A stretch of 64,000 nucleotides of DNA from Salisapilia sapeloensis CBS 127946 (GCA_023334545.1 JAADVB010000014.1:74679-138678), one strand, 5' to 3'. Counted from the first letter of the stretch, positions 23,460 through 36,015 are shown. Program-made: numbers and translations. The notes: generated from the letters alone by a model not told the origin.

Positions 23460-25822
23460 ATGGAAGAGGATACTTTATCAACAACCAAGGTGTCGAAAAA
23501 CCACGACGAAACTCGTACTGAAAAGAGCTATACAAAGCCCAAGCGACCTTCCACTGAGTCTATCCAGGTATATGTCCGCATTCGACCACTAATCGAAAGA
23601 GAATGTATCGGTCAGTTTCAAGAGGCACAACCCGTACGAGCTACAGATGACAAAGTACGGTGGGATTCATCCTGATGAACAACAATATCGATATAATGAT
23701 GCTAACATAATAAAATTTGACTCTTGATTAGACGGTAGAAGTGAAGACGATTGAATCTACCATTAGATGCAGCTACGATGCTGTTTTTGCACCATCCTGC
23801 AGTCAAGAAAAAATTTATGCGCAGGTGAAAGAATGCATACAATCTTTTCTGCAGGGATTCAACGCAACTCTATTTGCTTACGGACAAACGGGGAGTGGGA
23901 AGTCCTTTACTATGTTTGGTAACGAAGATGATGCTTCAAGATACCGACCAGGACTTCAAAACAGCGCAGCTGGCATCATACCTAGAGCCATTAAAGACAT
24001 ATTTGAGGCTGCTGTTCGAATCGAGCAAGAGCAAAAGCCGACACAGCAAGGAGATGAATCAGTCGTATCTGTGTACTGTTCTTTTGTTCAAATGTACAAT
24101 GAAAATTTGTATGACTTGCTTCGAGACCCTCGACGAGCTGCTCCATTGGAAATACATGAGGACAGAAAAAATGGTCTCTACATTGAAGGATTGTCCGAGT
24201 ATGCTGTTGAAAGTGTCAGCGACTGCTTGTCATTGCTTTCTACTGGGGAACAACATCGAGCAGTTCGAGCAACGCACATGAATCAAGTCAGTAGTCGGAG
24301 TCACAGCGTCTTTCAGATCATGATGGAGCAACGCACGAGTGACGGCAGTATGCTGAAGTCGAAGCTTAACCTCGTCGATCTGGCTGGTTCCGAAAAATGG
24401 AATATGAGCGCAGACATGCAGGTATATCAGCATAATGGAACACTTGCTGTCATTTACACTTAACATGAAAATATCTATCCACAGAGCATTCACATCTCTG
24501 AGATGACTAATATCAACTTGAGCTTGCATACGCTCGGACGCTGCATTGCTGCTTTATCTGCAAAATCTGGACCTAAGCATGTACCCTACCGAGACTCAAA
24601 GCTGACCCGGCTTTTGCAAGACAGTCTCGGTGGTAATACGAAGACGAAGATCATCGCAACGCTGTCACCATCAGGAGACTGTCTTGAAGAATCAATTGCC
24701 ACTCTCAAATTCGCTGATCGAGCGAAGCAAGTGATGGTAACTGTCCGCATCAACGAAGAAAAGCACATCGACCCAGCCTATGTTGAAAAGCTACATAGTG
24801 AAATTGAAGAACTGCGAGGCATCATTCGATTGCTTAAAAGAAGTAGTGGTAATCCATTATCGCCAGATTTGCTACATGAAGACAGTCGGGAGGATTCCGT
24901 AGGTCAGGATCACGAAGTGGAAGAGAACAATAATGAACAGAACCTTGGTCAGTCTATTCACGAACGGCTGATTGATGTTGTGGAACAGAATACGGCGTTA
25001 AAGTTAGAAAATGACAGTCTAAGAAAGGAACTCGAGCAGAGTCGGATGCGCCGTGCGAATGAAGCTGCGGTGAAAAATGGTGATACAGGTTCAATTTTGG
25101 AAAAGCAGGTATCTTTTCACCTATATAGCCTACTCGATGTTTCAGACGATATGACGGCATTGTAGAAACTGAAAGACACGCTGCGGCAAGTTCGAGACGG
25201 TCTCGATCGATTCTTTCGATTTGAAGTGGAAGAAGATGAATTGAAGGCTATTTATTCTCGAGCATTTAACTTGGATTCCTTATCACCACGATCAACTGCC
25301 TCTTCCGTGTCCAGACCAGTCCACGGTGGAAACCAAGTGAGAAAGATGAAGGAAGGTGTGCATTGCGTATTCAACTCTTTCACTAACAGAAGATGGTTTC
25401 TCATGCTTACAGTAGAACTGCATTCCGCCTCGATTAATAAGAATGGATGTCGCACACCTGCAGGATCAAGCGGTCTTTTGTTTCGAGTCCGGCGAAGAAC
25501 TTCTGGCCCATCGAGTCATGCATCGGACAAACTGAAAGGTGAAGACTGGCATACTGAAATGGATGGAAACGAGAAGCCAGACGACCCTGAAAAGGAGTTG
25601 GAGCAAGCGCGAAAAGCAATAGAGAAGCAGGTAAAGCTTCAGAATTGGTTGGTGGAAAAAGAGAGACGAGAGGTGCTTAAGCTGCAGCAGCAACAAGCGT
25701 TTATGGAGGAACAGCGAAAGCTTTTGGCTGACAAGAATGCTAAATTTTTCAAGCGCGCTGCAGCAACAAAGAAGAAATTGCAAGTGTTAGCTGCAACTAA
25801 GAACGCTCAGGAGGAAATTTAA
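23460..25822 (+). CDS. Kinesin motor protein with N-terminal motor and coiled-coil tail (multi-exon)
   Basis: VYVRIRP, AYGQTGSGKSFTM (P-loop), SSRSH, LVDLAGSE, HVPYRDSKLTRLLQDSLGGN. Subfamily not assignable by eye. Confidence 0.95.
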
Positions 25823-25870
25823 ATGATAATAACTTGGGTGCAAACTGAGCATGTATTTTCGACAAAGTTC

Positions 25871-26335
25871 CTATTGTGATTGAGCGTCTTTGATCATCAT
25901 GCAGTGTTCAACACCTTCCTCCAGATAGACTTTATCATCGAGATAGCGATATCCACATTTTTCGTAAAAGCCACGTCGGCCGTATTGGGAGGACAGAGCG
26001 AACGTATCCACCTCGTTTTGCAAAGACTTTTCAATCCCATCCATTAACGCAGCACCTAACTGCTTGCCTCGGTATGACGGGAGCACTGCAATGCGACCGA
26101 ACTTGGCTTTCCGCTCTTCCGGCTTCAAGAGGCAGCGCCCAACGGCGACGTATTTATCGTCGCCAGTGTACTTGCCGATGAAATGCACCGTGGTAGGCTC
26201 ATCGTCGTGTGCATCGAGTTCGACTGACGCATCAAAGCCTTGCTCTTCAATGAAGACTTTGTAGCGAATGGCCATGGCAATCTTGCGTTGCTCTTCATTT
26301 TGTACGCGAATGACTTGAAGCGTTGGCTGGTTCAT
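25871..26335 (-). CDS. GNAT-family N-acetyltransferase (ElaA/YjcF-like)
   Basis: IRYKVFIEEQG, GRIAVLPSYRGKQLGAALM (acetyl-CoA motif A), GFYEKCGY, EEGVEHCMM. Intronless; first internal ATG chosen. Confidence 0.9.
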   Translation of the reverse strand: MNQPTLQVIRVQNEEQRKIAMAIRYKVFIEEQGFDASVELDAHDDEPTTVHFIGKYTGDDKYVAVGRCLLKPEERKAKFGRIAVLPSYRGKQLGAALMDGIEKSLQNEVDTFALSSQYGRRGFYEKCGYRYLDDKVYLEEGVEHCMMIKDAQSQ

Positions 26336-26651
26336 TCTGAAGTTAAACTGCGGTCTGGTGCTTGTCAAGCGTGACGCGCTTACGTAAACAGTGCTAGCGC
26401 CAGGCACCGCCACATGCGATAGCTAAGAAAGAATTTGGCTGTATGGTAGATATGCACTAGTAGACGGCAAGCGTGAGACAACTGCAGTACTCGTCGCGTA
26501 GGATGAGAAAAATTCGTACGGCGAAACGGAACGAGTACTTCGTCTAGATTCGAATCCTCTCGGAGCCATAGATGAGCGACGGTACCAACGTCTTTTAAAA
26601 CAACGGTCATTTCTATGGGTCTATGTGATTACTTTAATTCAGGACAATGAC

Positions 26652-26658
26652 TTCATTT
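26652..26658 (+). promoter_or_regulatory. Oomycete INR-like motif (TCATTTC) upstream of the HSF gene
   Basis: YCATTYY match ending 39 nt before ATG 26698. Confidence 0.35.
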
Positions 26659-26697
26659 CGGTATGCTCCCAATTTTCAGACACAAATCAAACAAGAC

Positions 26698-28692
26698 ATG
26701 GCCAAGCGATTGCGAAGTGCGACCTCCACGGACGCGTCGGCAGGCGGCTCCAATGCTACGACGCTGACAGTACCCAATGCGAATATTGGAGACGAAGCAT
26801 ATACGGAGTCTACGGAGGATGCAGCGAAAACTGGATCGAAAGCAAAACGTGAGTATTCGATGGACGACCGATGTACATACTTTTTCTGTCTCTTAAGAGC
26901 AAAGGAACCTCCAACTCGGAGTGTAAAGTGTTTATCTACGATGTTGTGGAGCATGCACTGTATTATTGTACTCCTTTCGCTCCTCGAGACACTCTTATAT
27001 ACCCTGACGTACCTCCTGACGTCCATATAAAAACACGTCCACATACTATACTCGAGGCGTGTTATATTAAACTACACGTAAACAGAAAAACATCGAAGCA
27101 GTTATACTAACTAATCTTGCTCTGTAGATACACCACTGGAAGGCAAGCAAGCGGTCTTACCAGCCTTTTTGTCCAAGACGTACGAGATATTCAGCTCCCC
27201 CGAGTACTCGAGCATCTGTGGATGGAACGACTCGGGTGACACGATCATCGTGGCCAACCTAGAGGGTTTCGTTTCACTCGTGCTGCCTAAATTCTTCAAA
27301 CACAGCAACTTTCCCTCTTTTGTCCGACAGCTCAACCTCTACGGCTTCCACAAGACCGTCCTCGACTCGAAGCGTCTTGAGTTCCAGCATCCGTACTTTA
27401 AACGCGACCGGCCGGACTTGCTTCCACAGATCAAGCGAAAAGTCTCCAGTTCCCACCACACGAGTCAGCAAGGGTCGAGTCAGCAGCATTCTCGTCTGGC
27501 TGTCCATCGCGAGACGTCGGATAAGATTCTGCAAGAGATGCGAGAGCTACGAGAACGCAGTGACGCGATGGAGAAGCGGCTGCGAGAAGTCGAGTTGGAC
27601 AATGCGATTGTCCGGAGTGACAACATGAAGCTGTGGAAGCACTTGGAGAGCGCCAAGAACAAGCAGCTGATCATGCAGAGCAAGATGAAAAAGATCATGT
27701 GGATCCTCTTCCAGATCTATCGTGGAAATCAGTCGATACCAAAACTCCCGACAAAGGACGCTCCTGCAAGTGGATTTAGTGACGAATACATCAACAGCAG
27801 TGTCCTCGGACCAAAGGAATTCAGGGACGTACTACGGTTCTTGTCCATGGATGAAATGCCCTTGTTAGAAGGAGAAGACTCGATTTCATCCACGGACACG
27901 ATTCCTCCTGCAACGTCAGATACGAGTCGGAAGCGGAAGTTTGAAGAAGTGCAGCCGGATGTGGACGATAGCAGCTACAAGATTGAGATGCCAAGGTCTC
28001 CTCCTGTTTCGGAGGCGTTCACGAATACAGACACGACGACAGACGACACGTCGGCCGTGACGAGCAACAACATGCTCAGCATCTTCCGGAACTCTCAACC
28101 GCTGCAAACTGTTAACGCAGACACGTTCGTGTCCAATGACACTACGTCAAAGCCGACGCCATCACTCCCGCGTACGTTGTCCCAGGCGTTGTCATCACTT
28201 TCGAGCGATATGTTGCAGCAGAACACACCTCCGACATCTGCCGCTGCGTCCATGCCCATGCCAACGAATTTAACTGGAAGGTATGACGGGAAGGAGCAGA
28301 GTGAAGACACAGGCGACTTGGATTTGATTGATGGGGAAGTGCCAGCGTTCGAAGACAACGGAGCATTAACGAACGGAGACGGGGAATCGGTAGTGAGGAC
28401 TAAGCTTTTCATTCTATATTGGTATGATGGAGGACTAACTGGATGAACTAGGAGGTAATGCGCAAGTTGGATGACTTTGAATCATCGCTTTTGGATGACT
28501 ACGACGTGCCGAGCCTCGATAGCCTCTTGCAGGTATTTCGCGTAAGCCGTTTACGTTTGTACAGAACATTTTGAGTACTATGGTTTGATATGATAGCAAT
28601 TCAAGGCGCAGTACCCAGATCGGAGCTCGAACTTCCCAGCGCTGGATATGGAAGAACCGCGTACAAGTACGTCGGACCAGCAGTCGACGTGA
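26698..28692 (+). CDS. HSF: Heat shock transcription factor (HSF DNA-binding domain + HR-A/B coiled coil), 4 exons
   Basis: PAFLSKTYE..ICGWNDSGDTIIV..FKHSNFPSFVRQLNLYGFHK..EFQHPYFKRDRPDLLPQIKRK followed by a heptad repeat. Intron 1 is about 280 nt with a TACTAAC branch site. Confidence 0.95.
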
Positions 28693-28879
28693 AGGTCGTC
28701 GAGTAGAATTGATTTTGACTTGGGACGATCGGACACAACGCTTGGAGGTGCAGGTTTATTAACGCAACGATGCATAGTGAAGAGGAGCGATAATAAAGAT
28801 CGATTTTATTAACGAATGTGTCGACTAAGGGTCTTGGTGTTGCATCTTAAGTGCGCATCCATATGCTGCTCGAGTGCCA

Positions 28880-29491
28880 ATGGATGCGAGGTGCCAGAAG
28901 TTTCATGTAGATGGAACGACGCTGTTGCGCACTTCAGATGGAGAGCCTGCGACTTCTGTACAAGCGTCGAAAGTGCTGAAAGAACTTAAGACGATATCTC
29001 GGTTTTTGGTGAAAAACCAGTCGCCGAGGTTTAGTGAAAACGCGCAGCAAAAGCTGTTACAAGCTATTGGCCCGTACGTGACGTTGGTCAAGCACTCTAC
29101 GAGTCTCACGGATGAGGAGCAAACGCAGGTCACGGAAGCATGCTTTCAAGTTCTGAAGGATGCACTCGCCATGCCGTTTAACGTGTTCGGGACAAAGCAA
29201 AAGAAGCGATTGCTTAAGTGGCACAATGAGCTGATCGTACTCGTCGGGGAGCATGCAGAGGGCGACGCAGAAGAGAGCGGGGAACAAGCTGTAAAGTGGT
29301 CTGTACTTGCCATTGAAGACGACGGGTATCTGAATCTATTAAACGAAGAGACTGCCGAAATGAACGAGGCTTTCCATGTGCCTCGCAATGAACCGTTGTT
29401 CCGGCAGATTGAACAAGGTTTAGAAGATGGAGACGTGACGGTGGAGACAAGGGGAGACCGAGTGATCCGAGTTCAAGTTGATACAGAGTGA
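28880..29491 (+). CDS. Hypothetical protein: helical N-terminal domain + eIF5A-C-terminal-like OB fold
   Basis: Intronless 203-codon ORF. C-terminal WSVLAIEDDGYLNLLNEETAEMNEAFHVP..LFRQIEQGLEDG resembles the eIF5A C-domain; no hypusine motif. Confidence 0.7.
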   Translation: MDARCQKFHVDGTTLLRTSDGEPATSVQASKVLKELKTISRFLVKNQSPRFSENAQQKLLQAIGPYVTLVKHSTSLTDEEQTQVTEACFQVLKDALAMPFNVFGTKQKKRLLKWHNELIVLVGEHAEGDAEESGEQAVKWSVLAIEDDGYLNLLNEETAEMNEAFHVPRNEPLFRQIEQGLEDGDVTVETRGDRVIRVQVDTE

Positions 29492-29526
29492 AAGCCATGT
29501 TGACGCATAAATCAATACCAGTTCAG

Positions 29527-30090
29527 TTACGATCCTCTGCTGCCAAGCTTTTGCATCAGCTTTGACCCTTTCGGACGGTTTGGTCCCCTGCCGAGTCGGC
29601 TGAGCTTGTTCGGTTCCGAATCGACCATTGAAACCTGTAGGAATGAACACATGTATTAGTCTTGTAGCATTAAATAGAGATAAAGATGAATGCTTACCTG
29701 TCTTGGTCGTTTCGTACTCTCTGATGTCGTGGACGAAGTGCGAGATAATCCTGGCGGTGCTCGACTTCCGTCATCGCCCATCCTCTTCTTCCCTCGTGTT
29801 TTCATGCTTTCCTTGGTTTCTTCCAATGTCGCTTGCCATATTTCATCCCAAGTCTGTTTTATTTTATTCTGATCCTCCATCGGTTGATGGAAGACGGCTA
29901 GAATGTCTTTAAAGTCCATCCGGCGTTTCGGAGACGCCTGCGGTTTCTGCGGAGGAGAGCTCTGGGGTTTTATGGGTGGTGATGACTTAGCAGCATCTAC
30001 CTTTTCCACCTTCTTGTCCCCTTGAGGTGGTGGAGGAGGCATGGGCGGCGGTGGAGGCGGCGGCTCAATGCTCTCATCCTCGACACCCAT
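29527..30090 (-). CDS. Hypothetical proline-rich protein (2 exons)
   Basis: Poly-Pro N-terminus, GTAAGC donor and CTACAG acceptor giving a second exon that ends TAA at 29527. No family recognised. Confidence 0.6.
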
Positions 30091-30235
30091 GTTCGCTTCC
30101 TGTTTAAAAGCGACAATATGTTTGCGCATTTAAGCCACTCCACGAGACTTTTCTATCCAGACGTCGACTTTCGGTCCAGCCAGTACGTCTGTCGATCACT
30201 CAGCTACTTTGATCCTATCCTACAGCCTTGCAATC

Positions 30236-31750
30236 ATGCGTATGCTAGCCACCAATATGCTGTCGAAACAGTTCTTGTCTAGAGCAAGTGGAATGCGATG
30301 TTTTTCATCTTTTACATTTGAATCCAGACACGAGTACATGGATTATCTCCAGGATACACATGCTCGACTTCCGTGGGGTTTCTCTGTCGGTCGCACCCAA
30401 TTGGACTTTACTCCTGCTGAAGCACCACACTTGCCAGCGTCGATGAATTTGACGCTGATCAAGCCGAATAACCCAACTTCACTCTTCGGTGCTGTCTTTA
30501 CTCTCAATGCGTTTCCTGGAGCACCTGTCCGTGTCGGTCGTAAACTGCTCGGCGAAGAGAAACTCGGTGCAATTGTCATCAACAACAAGATCTCGAATGT
30601 ATGTGCCAACGGTGGTGGTATCGCAGACGCAGAGGAGGTGTGCGATGCCGTCGCCAAGCAGCTTCGCCTCCAGCCAGGAGAGGTGGTGCTTCCAAGCTCC
30701 ACAGGTGTGATCGGATGGAGACTACCGGTGGATGATATGGTCCAAGCAGTTCCTCAGTTGGTGGAAACAATGCAGGGTGAAAGCATCCTTCCAGCGGCGG
30801 AAGGTATCATGACCACCGACCTGTATCCGAAAATCAGGTCGACGGACGTATGTGGTGGTCGCATCGTTGCCATTGCTAAAGGAGCTGGAATGATCGAGCC
30901 AAATATGGCGACCATGCTCTCGTACATTCTGACAGGTAAGCATCTTAGCTATAAAATAATTGGGATAGAACCATGTCAAGCTCATGAACTAAATGCTAGA
31001 TCTCGCGGTTCCACGCGAGACGCTGCGATCTCTTCTTTCGGAGGTCGTAAACGAAACGTACAACGCTTTGAGTATCGACACGGATCAGAGCACTTCTGAC
31101 ACCGTGGCCATTGTCTCGTCTGGTGAGATCCCATTCGACTCGTCAAAGCATCTGGAAGAGTTCAAGGAGGGCCTACGAAGTGTGTGTCGAGACATTTGTG
31201 AAGACATTGTGCGTAATGGCGAAGGCACGCACCACGTGATGCGCGTCAAAGTTAGTGGTGCAGAATCGTTGGAGATGGCCAAGGGAGTCGGCAAGTCCAT
31301 TGTCAATTCTCCGCTGCTCAAGTGTGCTATTGCCGGTAATGACGCCAATGTCGGGCGGCTGGTGATGGCTGCTGGAAAGTACTTTGGCCACCACCATCCC
31401 GACATTGACGTGTATCACCGCGTTTCGATGCACATTGGCGGTATCCTGATCTTTGAGAACGGCGAGTTTGTGCTGAACGATGAGATTGAGAAGAAGTTGG
31501 CGCAGCATATGAAGCAGGCACAGCTGACGGAACCGACACGAGGTGGACTGGATGCTGCGTCTCACGACTACCCACCTCATGACCGATGTGTCGAGGTATG
31601 TGTACAATTGCAATATTTGAATGAATGATATACTAATGGAAATGAGTATAGATCGAAGTAGACTTGGGACTCGGAAGCACCGAAGCGCAAGTACTTGGTG
31701 TGGACTTGACACATGAGTACGTGACGATTAATGCAGACTATCGGTCGTAG
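30236..31750 (+). CDS. argJ: Glutamate N-acetyltransferase / ornithine acetyltransferase ArgJ, organelle-targeted (3 exons)
   Basis: [16 protein letters not shown] (autocleavage Thr motif), [26 protein letters not shown], final exon [17 protein letters not shown]. Confidence 0.95.
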
Positions 31751-31843
31751 TTGATATAGTAATCGCACAAGAAAGATGCGTTTGACATCGTCCATTTCAC
31801 TTGTTAACCTGATAAAAGTTGGAATGCCACTTACATTCGTCTA

Positions 31844-34284
31844 CTACTGGCCTTGAAACCTTCCTTCCATAATCTGCATACGACGATACACTTTGTCTGT
31901 GTCCGCATACACTTGGGATAACAGTGCTTTCAACCGATCCCGTTCAATGCCGTGAAAGAATTTCCGGAAACCGTCCCGTGTTTTCAAAGCTTGCGCCTTG
32001 GATTGAAGCATGGAAAGGATGTCATTGTCACTTCGAGACACCGCCGGACCCTTTTTAGATTCACCATCAAGCTTGGTCGGATTGCATGGGGAGCATAGAT
32101 CTTTCTGGTAGTTACTTAGATCCAGCACGCTGATCTCATCTCCATCTTCCATCTCATCTCGCCATCGAGTAATTGCACTGAGACTTTCCGAAACGTTGAA
32201 AAAGGCATTAGCAGACTTCTTCATGGATTTTCGGGATGTATGCTCCTTGCTGCTGCAGTACATGTACGCTGAGCAACGTTATACACCGATTTAAGAGCAT
32301 TTGTAACAACGTATAATACTTACTTGTCGTCAGAGTCACTGTTCGCCTCGTTAATATCCTCTTCAGAATCCGTGTCGTACTCGCGGGCTGATTGTCTTGA
32401 TGTGAATACGGATGCCATGGGTATAGAACTGGGATGATGAGCATTCACTTTTGGTGATAAGAAACCGAGGTTCCACTGGTCCAGTGTTCCAGATCGCTTC
32501 CGTTTGTCACTCTGGATTTCGCCCGCTTCTAAGTTGAGAACCTCAGGTTCATGGTGGGAACCTTTGTCCATTGTGGAAGACACTGTAGCTCGTCGTGCTT
32601 TTGATCGACTACCTGTGCCACGTTGACTAGAATCCTGCATCCAAGCAAATTGAGCCGTTGCCATTCCGTCCGACGTCTTTGGGCGACGCGTGTATACAGT
32701 GCTCGAAGGCTCGTGCTCACGCTCGGCATTGGTAGCTCCTGTGTATGACACAGACTTTTCTTTTTGCCACGACTCTACTTCCTTCAATATATCTGCTCGA
32801 CTTTTGTACGTGTCCAGCTCATTTACTCGATTCAATGTGTCTGTGATAGATAGACGAGATGCCGATAGCCTCAGACTTCCTTGCTTACTATGATTGTGCT
32901 TTAGTGACGTCTTGTGCGTGATGCGGTCCATAGCTGTGGAAACTTCTGAGTCTGTCTCACTACGTCGCTTTCGTAGAGCACTCGTGACATTTCCTGCAAA
33001 TACAATGTCCGTGCCGTGTGTCAGGTGACTACCTGCTTCGTCTTCATTTGCTTTTAATTCATTTATCTCGAACCACGCAGAGCTTGATGATCGACTCAGT
33101 GCAGAAGTTGGAAGGTCCACTTCCGAGGAGGAAGGTGGGGGCGAGCGGATACTATCTGCTAGCGCTATTTCGTCCTGGACATCCAGCATCAATGCATCTT
33201 GCGATGGACCTTCTTTCTTTGTTTCTAGCTGATCTTTAAAATCACGAATGGCCAAGTCAATCTCCGCATCAGAAATTGGCTCTCGGTCTTGTGAAGTAAG
33301 CTCTCGGTCATCCAGAATTACAAGTTGAGGAAGAAATGAAGTGATGATCGAGCGGTACTTTGCCATTTTACAAACAGGGTTTGCGGCCAAGTTTAGCGAA
33401 TTCAGTTGAGGGCAAAAGGCTGGACAATATTACTATGGGCTAACATATCGAATCAAACATAGTGGATGTAAAAGCATACCTAGTTGTTCAACTTGACCAA
33501 TATCGCTCAGGCAGTTACCTTCCAAGTCTATCCGATGATCAGCAAACGATGAGCCCTCTCGAACCGTTTAAAGTGGTCATCAAAATACTGTACCTAGTAC
33601 TTGAAGCTCTTCATGCATGGTAAGAGGCGAGATATCAGATATTTCATTGTACTGGAGGTAGAGCTCTTGCAGATTGGTCAGAGCACCAATGCCGTCAAGA
33701 TCCTGCAGACCACATCTCGAAGCCCAGAGAATTTCCAACGAAAGCAGTGAAGTTCCTAGATCACGAAAGCTGTGCAGATTACTTTCTTTCAGTCGTAGTT
33801 GCTGAAGAGTTGGTAGCAGCTCTCCGATGAGCTCAACGGATTGACAGCTCGAGTCTACTGACAACTCCAGGTATGAAATGTCCGACAAATTCGTTTTCCC
33901 AGAGGCATGAAGCTGCATCATGGATTAGCTACCAATATATACATGCACCAGACAAAGCAAGCGTACGATTTTCTCTTCCGTTATATCGTCAAAAGGGTTG
34001 TCCATGACACCCAGTTCACTTGATGTTGGCGACATAAGTGGCTCACGACGAGGTGTTTGTGGTCGAGGAGTAGCGACATTATTCGCTGGAATTGGAACGG
34101 GATTGCACTCTTTCGGCAGTGTCCGGATGATAAATTTCGCCTTGGTAGGGTCCAGCTTGGAAAGGTCCCGCGAGACCTTGCTATGCGCTTGTGCCTGGTT
34201 CTTTTTAGTCGGAGCTGACGGTAAGCTATCTGCTTCCACCACTTCCTCTCGCAGATCCAAAGCACATCGAATTGCAGCACTCAT
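31844..34284 (-). CDS. LRRC56: Leucine-rich repeat protein LRRC56/ODA8 (outer dynein arm assembly), about 5 exons
   Basis: LLPTLQQLRLKESNLHSFRDLGTSLLSLEILWASRCGLQDLDGIGALTNLQELYLQYNEISDISPL closely matches LRRC56. ORFs 33925-34332, 33580-33921, 32320-33390 and 31844-32263 are joined by introns. Confidence 0.88.
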
Positions 34285-34439
34285 GAATATTGCCGCTAGG
34301 TCTTCTAAATGCGGCGATGCAGTCGTTGCCAACTAGTCTGTCTTTTGCTATTTTCGGAGGTTTTCATCTTGAAGTATGAGTCAGAATGGCTACGTGTTAT
34401 AAATGCGCAGGCGCATTTAGGATAGCGCATTGGACGAAG

Positions 34440-36015
34440 ATGGCAGGCGAGACTACTGGTGAGACCGATGGCAGCACGACGGAGCGCAAGTACGTTTTCC
34501 TGCGTGTAAAACGAAAGCGAACGGATACTCCACTGGACACATTGCTCATTCAGAAGCAGCCGCAGCTGAAACGACGGCACACTGATGCTTCGAAGAGCTC
34601 AAGCGGAGAAGCTCAAGTCGTAAATGATGAGCATGAAGCTGCTGAATCGACGAAAGCGAGTCAAGAAGATAAGAAGCAATTTATAGATGCATTTGCATCA
34701 CTCTCGACAAAAGATGAAAGGTATACTTATCTTTTTATATGTTTAACGATAGAAATGTAACTCTTATACGCTTCATTCTGCCTCTAGTTTCGTGCTCAAA
34801 CGCATTGACACGATGCAATCGAATGCTCTAGGCGGCATTGATCATTCTTCTAAATGGACAGAACGCATGAAAAAGAAAGTAAAGGCTATGAAAACGGATC
34901 GTTCCCACGTCCTACACAAACCTGTGCCAACTGCACGCCAGTCTATCGCATCCACAGCCAAGGCACATATGAAAGACCAACAGAAACGAGCACATGCACG
35001 TCGTCAGAGCGAGATGCAGCGTGCTCGTAGATTGCCTAGCACTACTGAGGAGAATCAACCTCAATTGGAGATGAAGGAAGAGCAGACATTAAATCTGTCT
35101 GGAGTCAAAGTGGTGGATCTGTCGACTGTCGGAGCGAAATCCACGGAGGATACGCAGACAGAAGGTCTGGAGGTGAGTGGGAAGAAATTGAAGACAAAGC
35201 GAGTGCTGACACCTGGTGAGCGGCAGTTGGACGAAGCTGTTTGGGTCGCATTCCAGCACAACGACTTTGCTGGCTTCTTCCACTTGGCAGCGCAGCCACC
35301 TGCAGGTGTAAAAGCAGACGCTCGTACGTTCCAACGACCGGCAGATGGAGGTAGCGTGCTCATGGCTGCAGCCATGCATGGTCGAGTGGATGTGATTGAG
35401 TCTGTCTTGAGGCACGCACCGTCCAGCGTCTTACTAAAGGACTGGGAGGGCAACACCGCCGCCAATTTTGCGGCACTGCACAATCATCCGTCGGTGGAAT
35501 CTGCTTTGCTCGCATGCGAAAAGGCAGAGCTGGATAAGGAGTACGTGTACGACGTCTATTGTGTCGAGACGACACAGGAGCATGATACGGACGAACAAAA
35601 GTTGCCAGTAGTGTCCGTCAGCTCGTCTGTACAGCAGTGGCTGATGGAGGACGCAAAGGCTGAGCAGGACGAAGAGTACGTGAACGAGAACTTGCTTGAG
35701 TCGGACATCGATAGCAACGATGAAGTTGATGGGTATGTGATGTAGATTCTGTCGGATAATAAGACGGTAGCTGATATTATTGCATGACAGAGAAAGCTTG
35801 GATTCGAATGATGAAGGATATGCTCTAAATGATTATCCAGAAGACGAGGAGTCGTCCGAGTCTGACTGGGGCTCGAGTGACTCGGAAGAGGTGAGCTACT
35901 TTCTACATGTATTCGACATCACTTGCCTCAATTTGTATCTCCGTAGCCCCATGAAAGAATGCATTCTTGGAAGCCATCACACCAGTCTCTCCATCCGGAT
36001 GAAGCAGACTACTAA
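34440..36015 (+). CDS. Iwr1/SLC7A6OS-like RNA polymerase II nuclear import factor with inserted ankyrin repeats (4 exons)
   Basis: N-terminal FLRVKRKRTDTPLDTLLI; C-terminal EYVYDVY...DSNDEGYALNDYPEDE; internal GSVLMAAAMHGRVDVIESVL..DWEGNTAANFAALHNH. An in-frame ATG at 34386 is an alternative start. Confidence 0.8.

Noticed and set aside
26486-26539. 9-bp inverted repeat AGTACTCGT/ACGAGTACT with short inner stems in the GNAT-HSF divergent region
   Set aside because: Inverted repeats of this length and spacing are expected several times per 64 kb by chance; there is no independent support for a structured RNA.
26437-26570. tRNA-like 3' end TTCGAATCCTCTCGGAGCCA
   Set aside because: The T-stem 5' arm (CTAGA) does not pair with CCTCT, and there is no matching acceptor, D or anticodon arm at the right distance.
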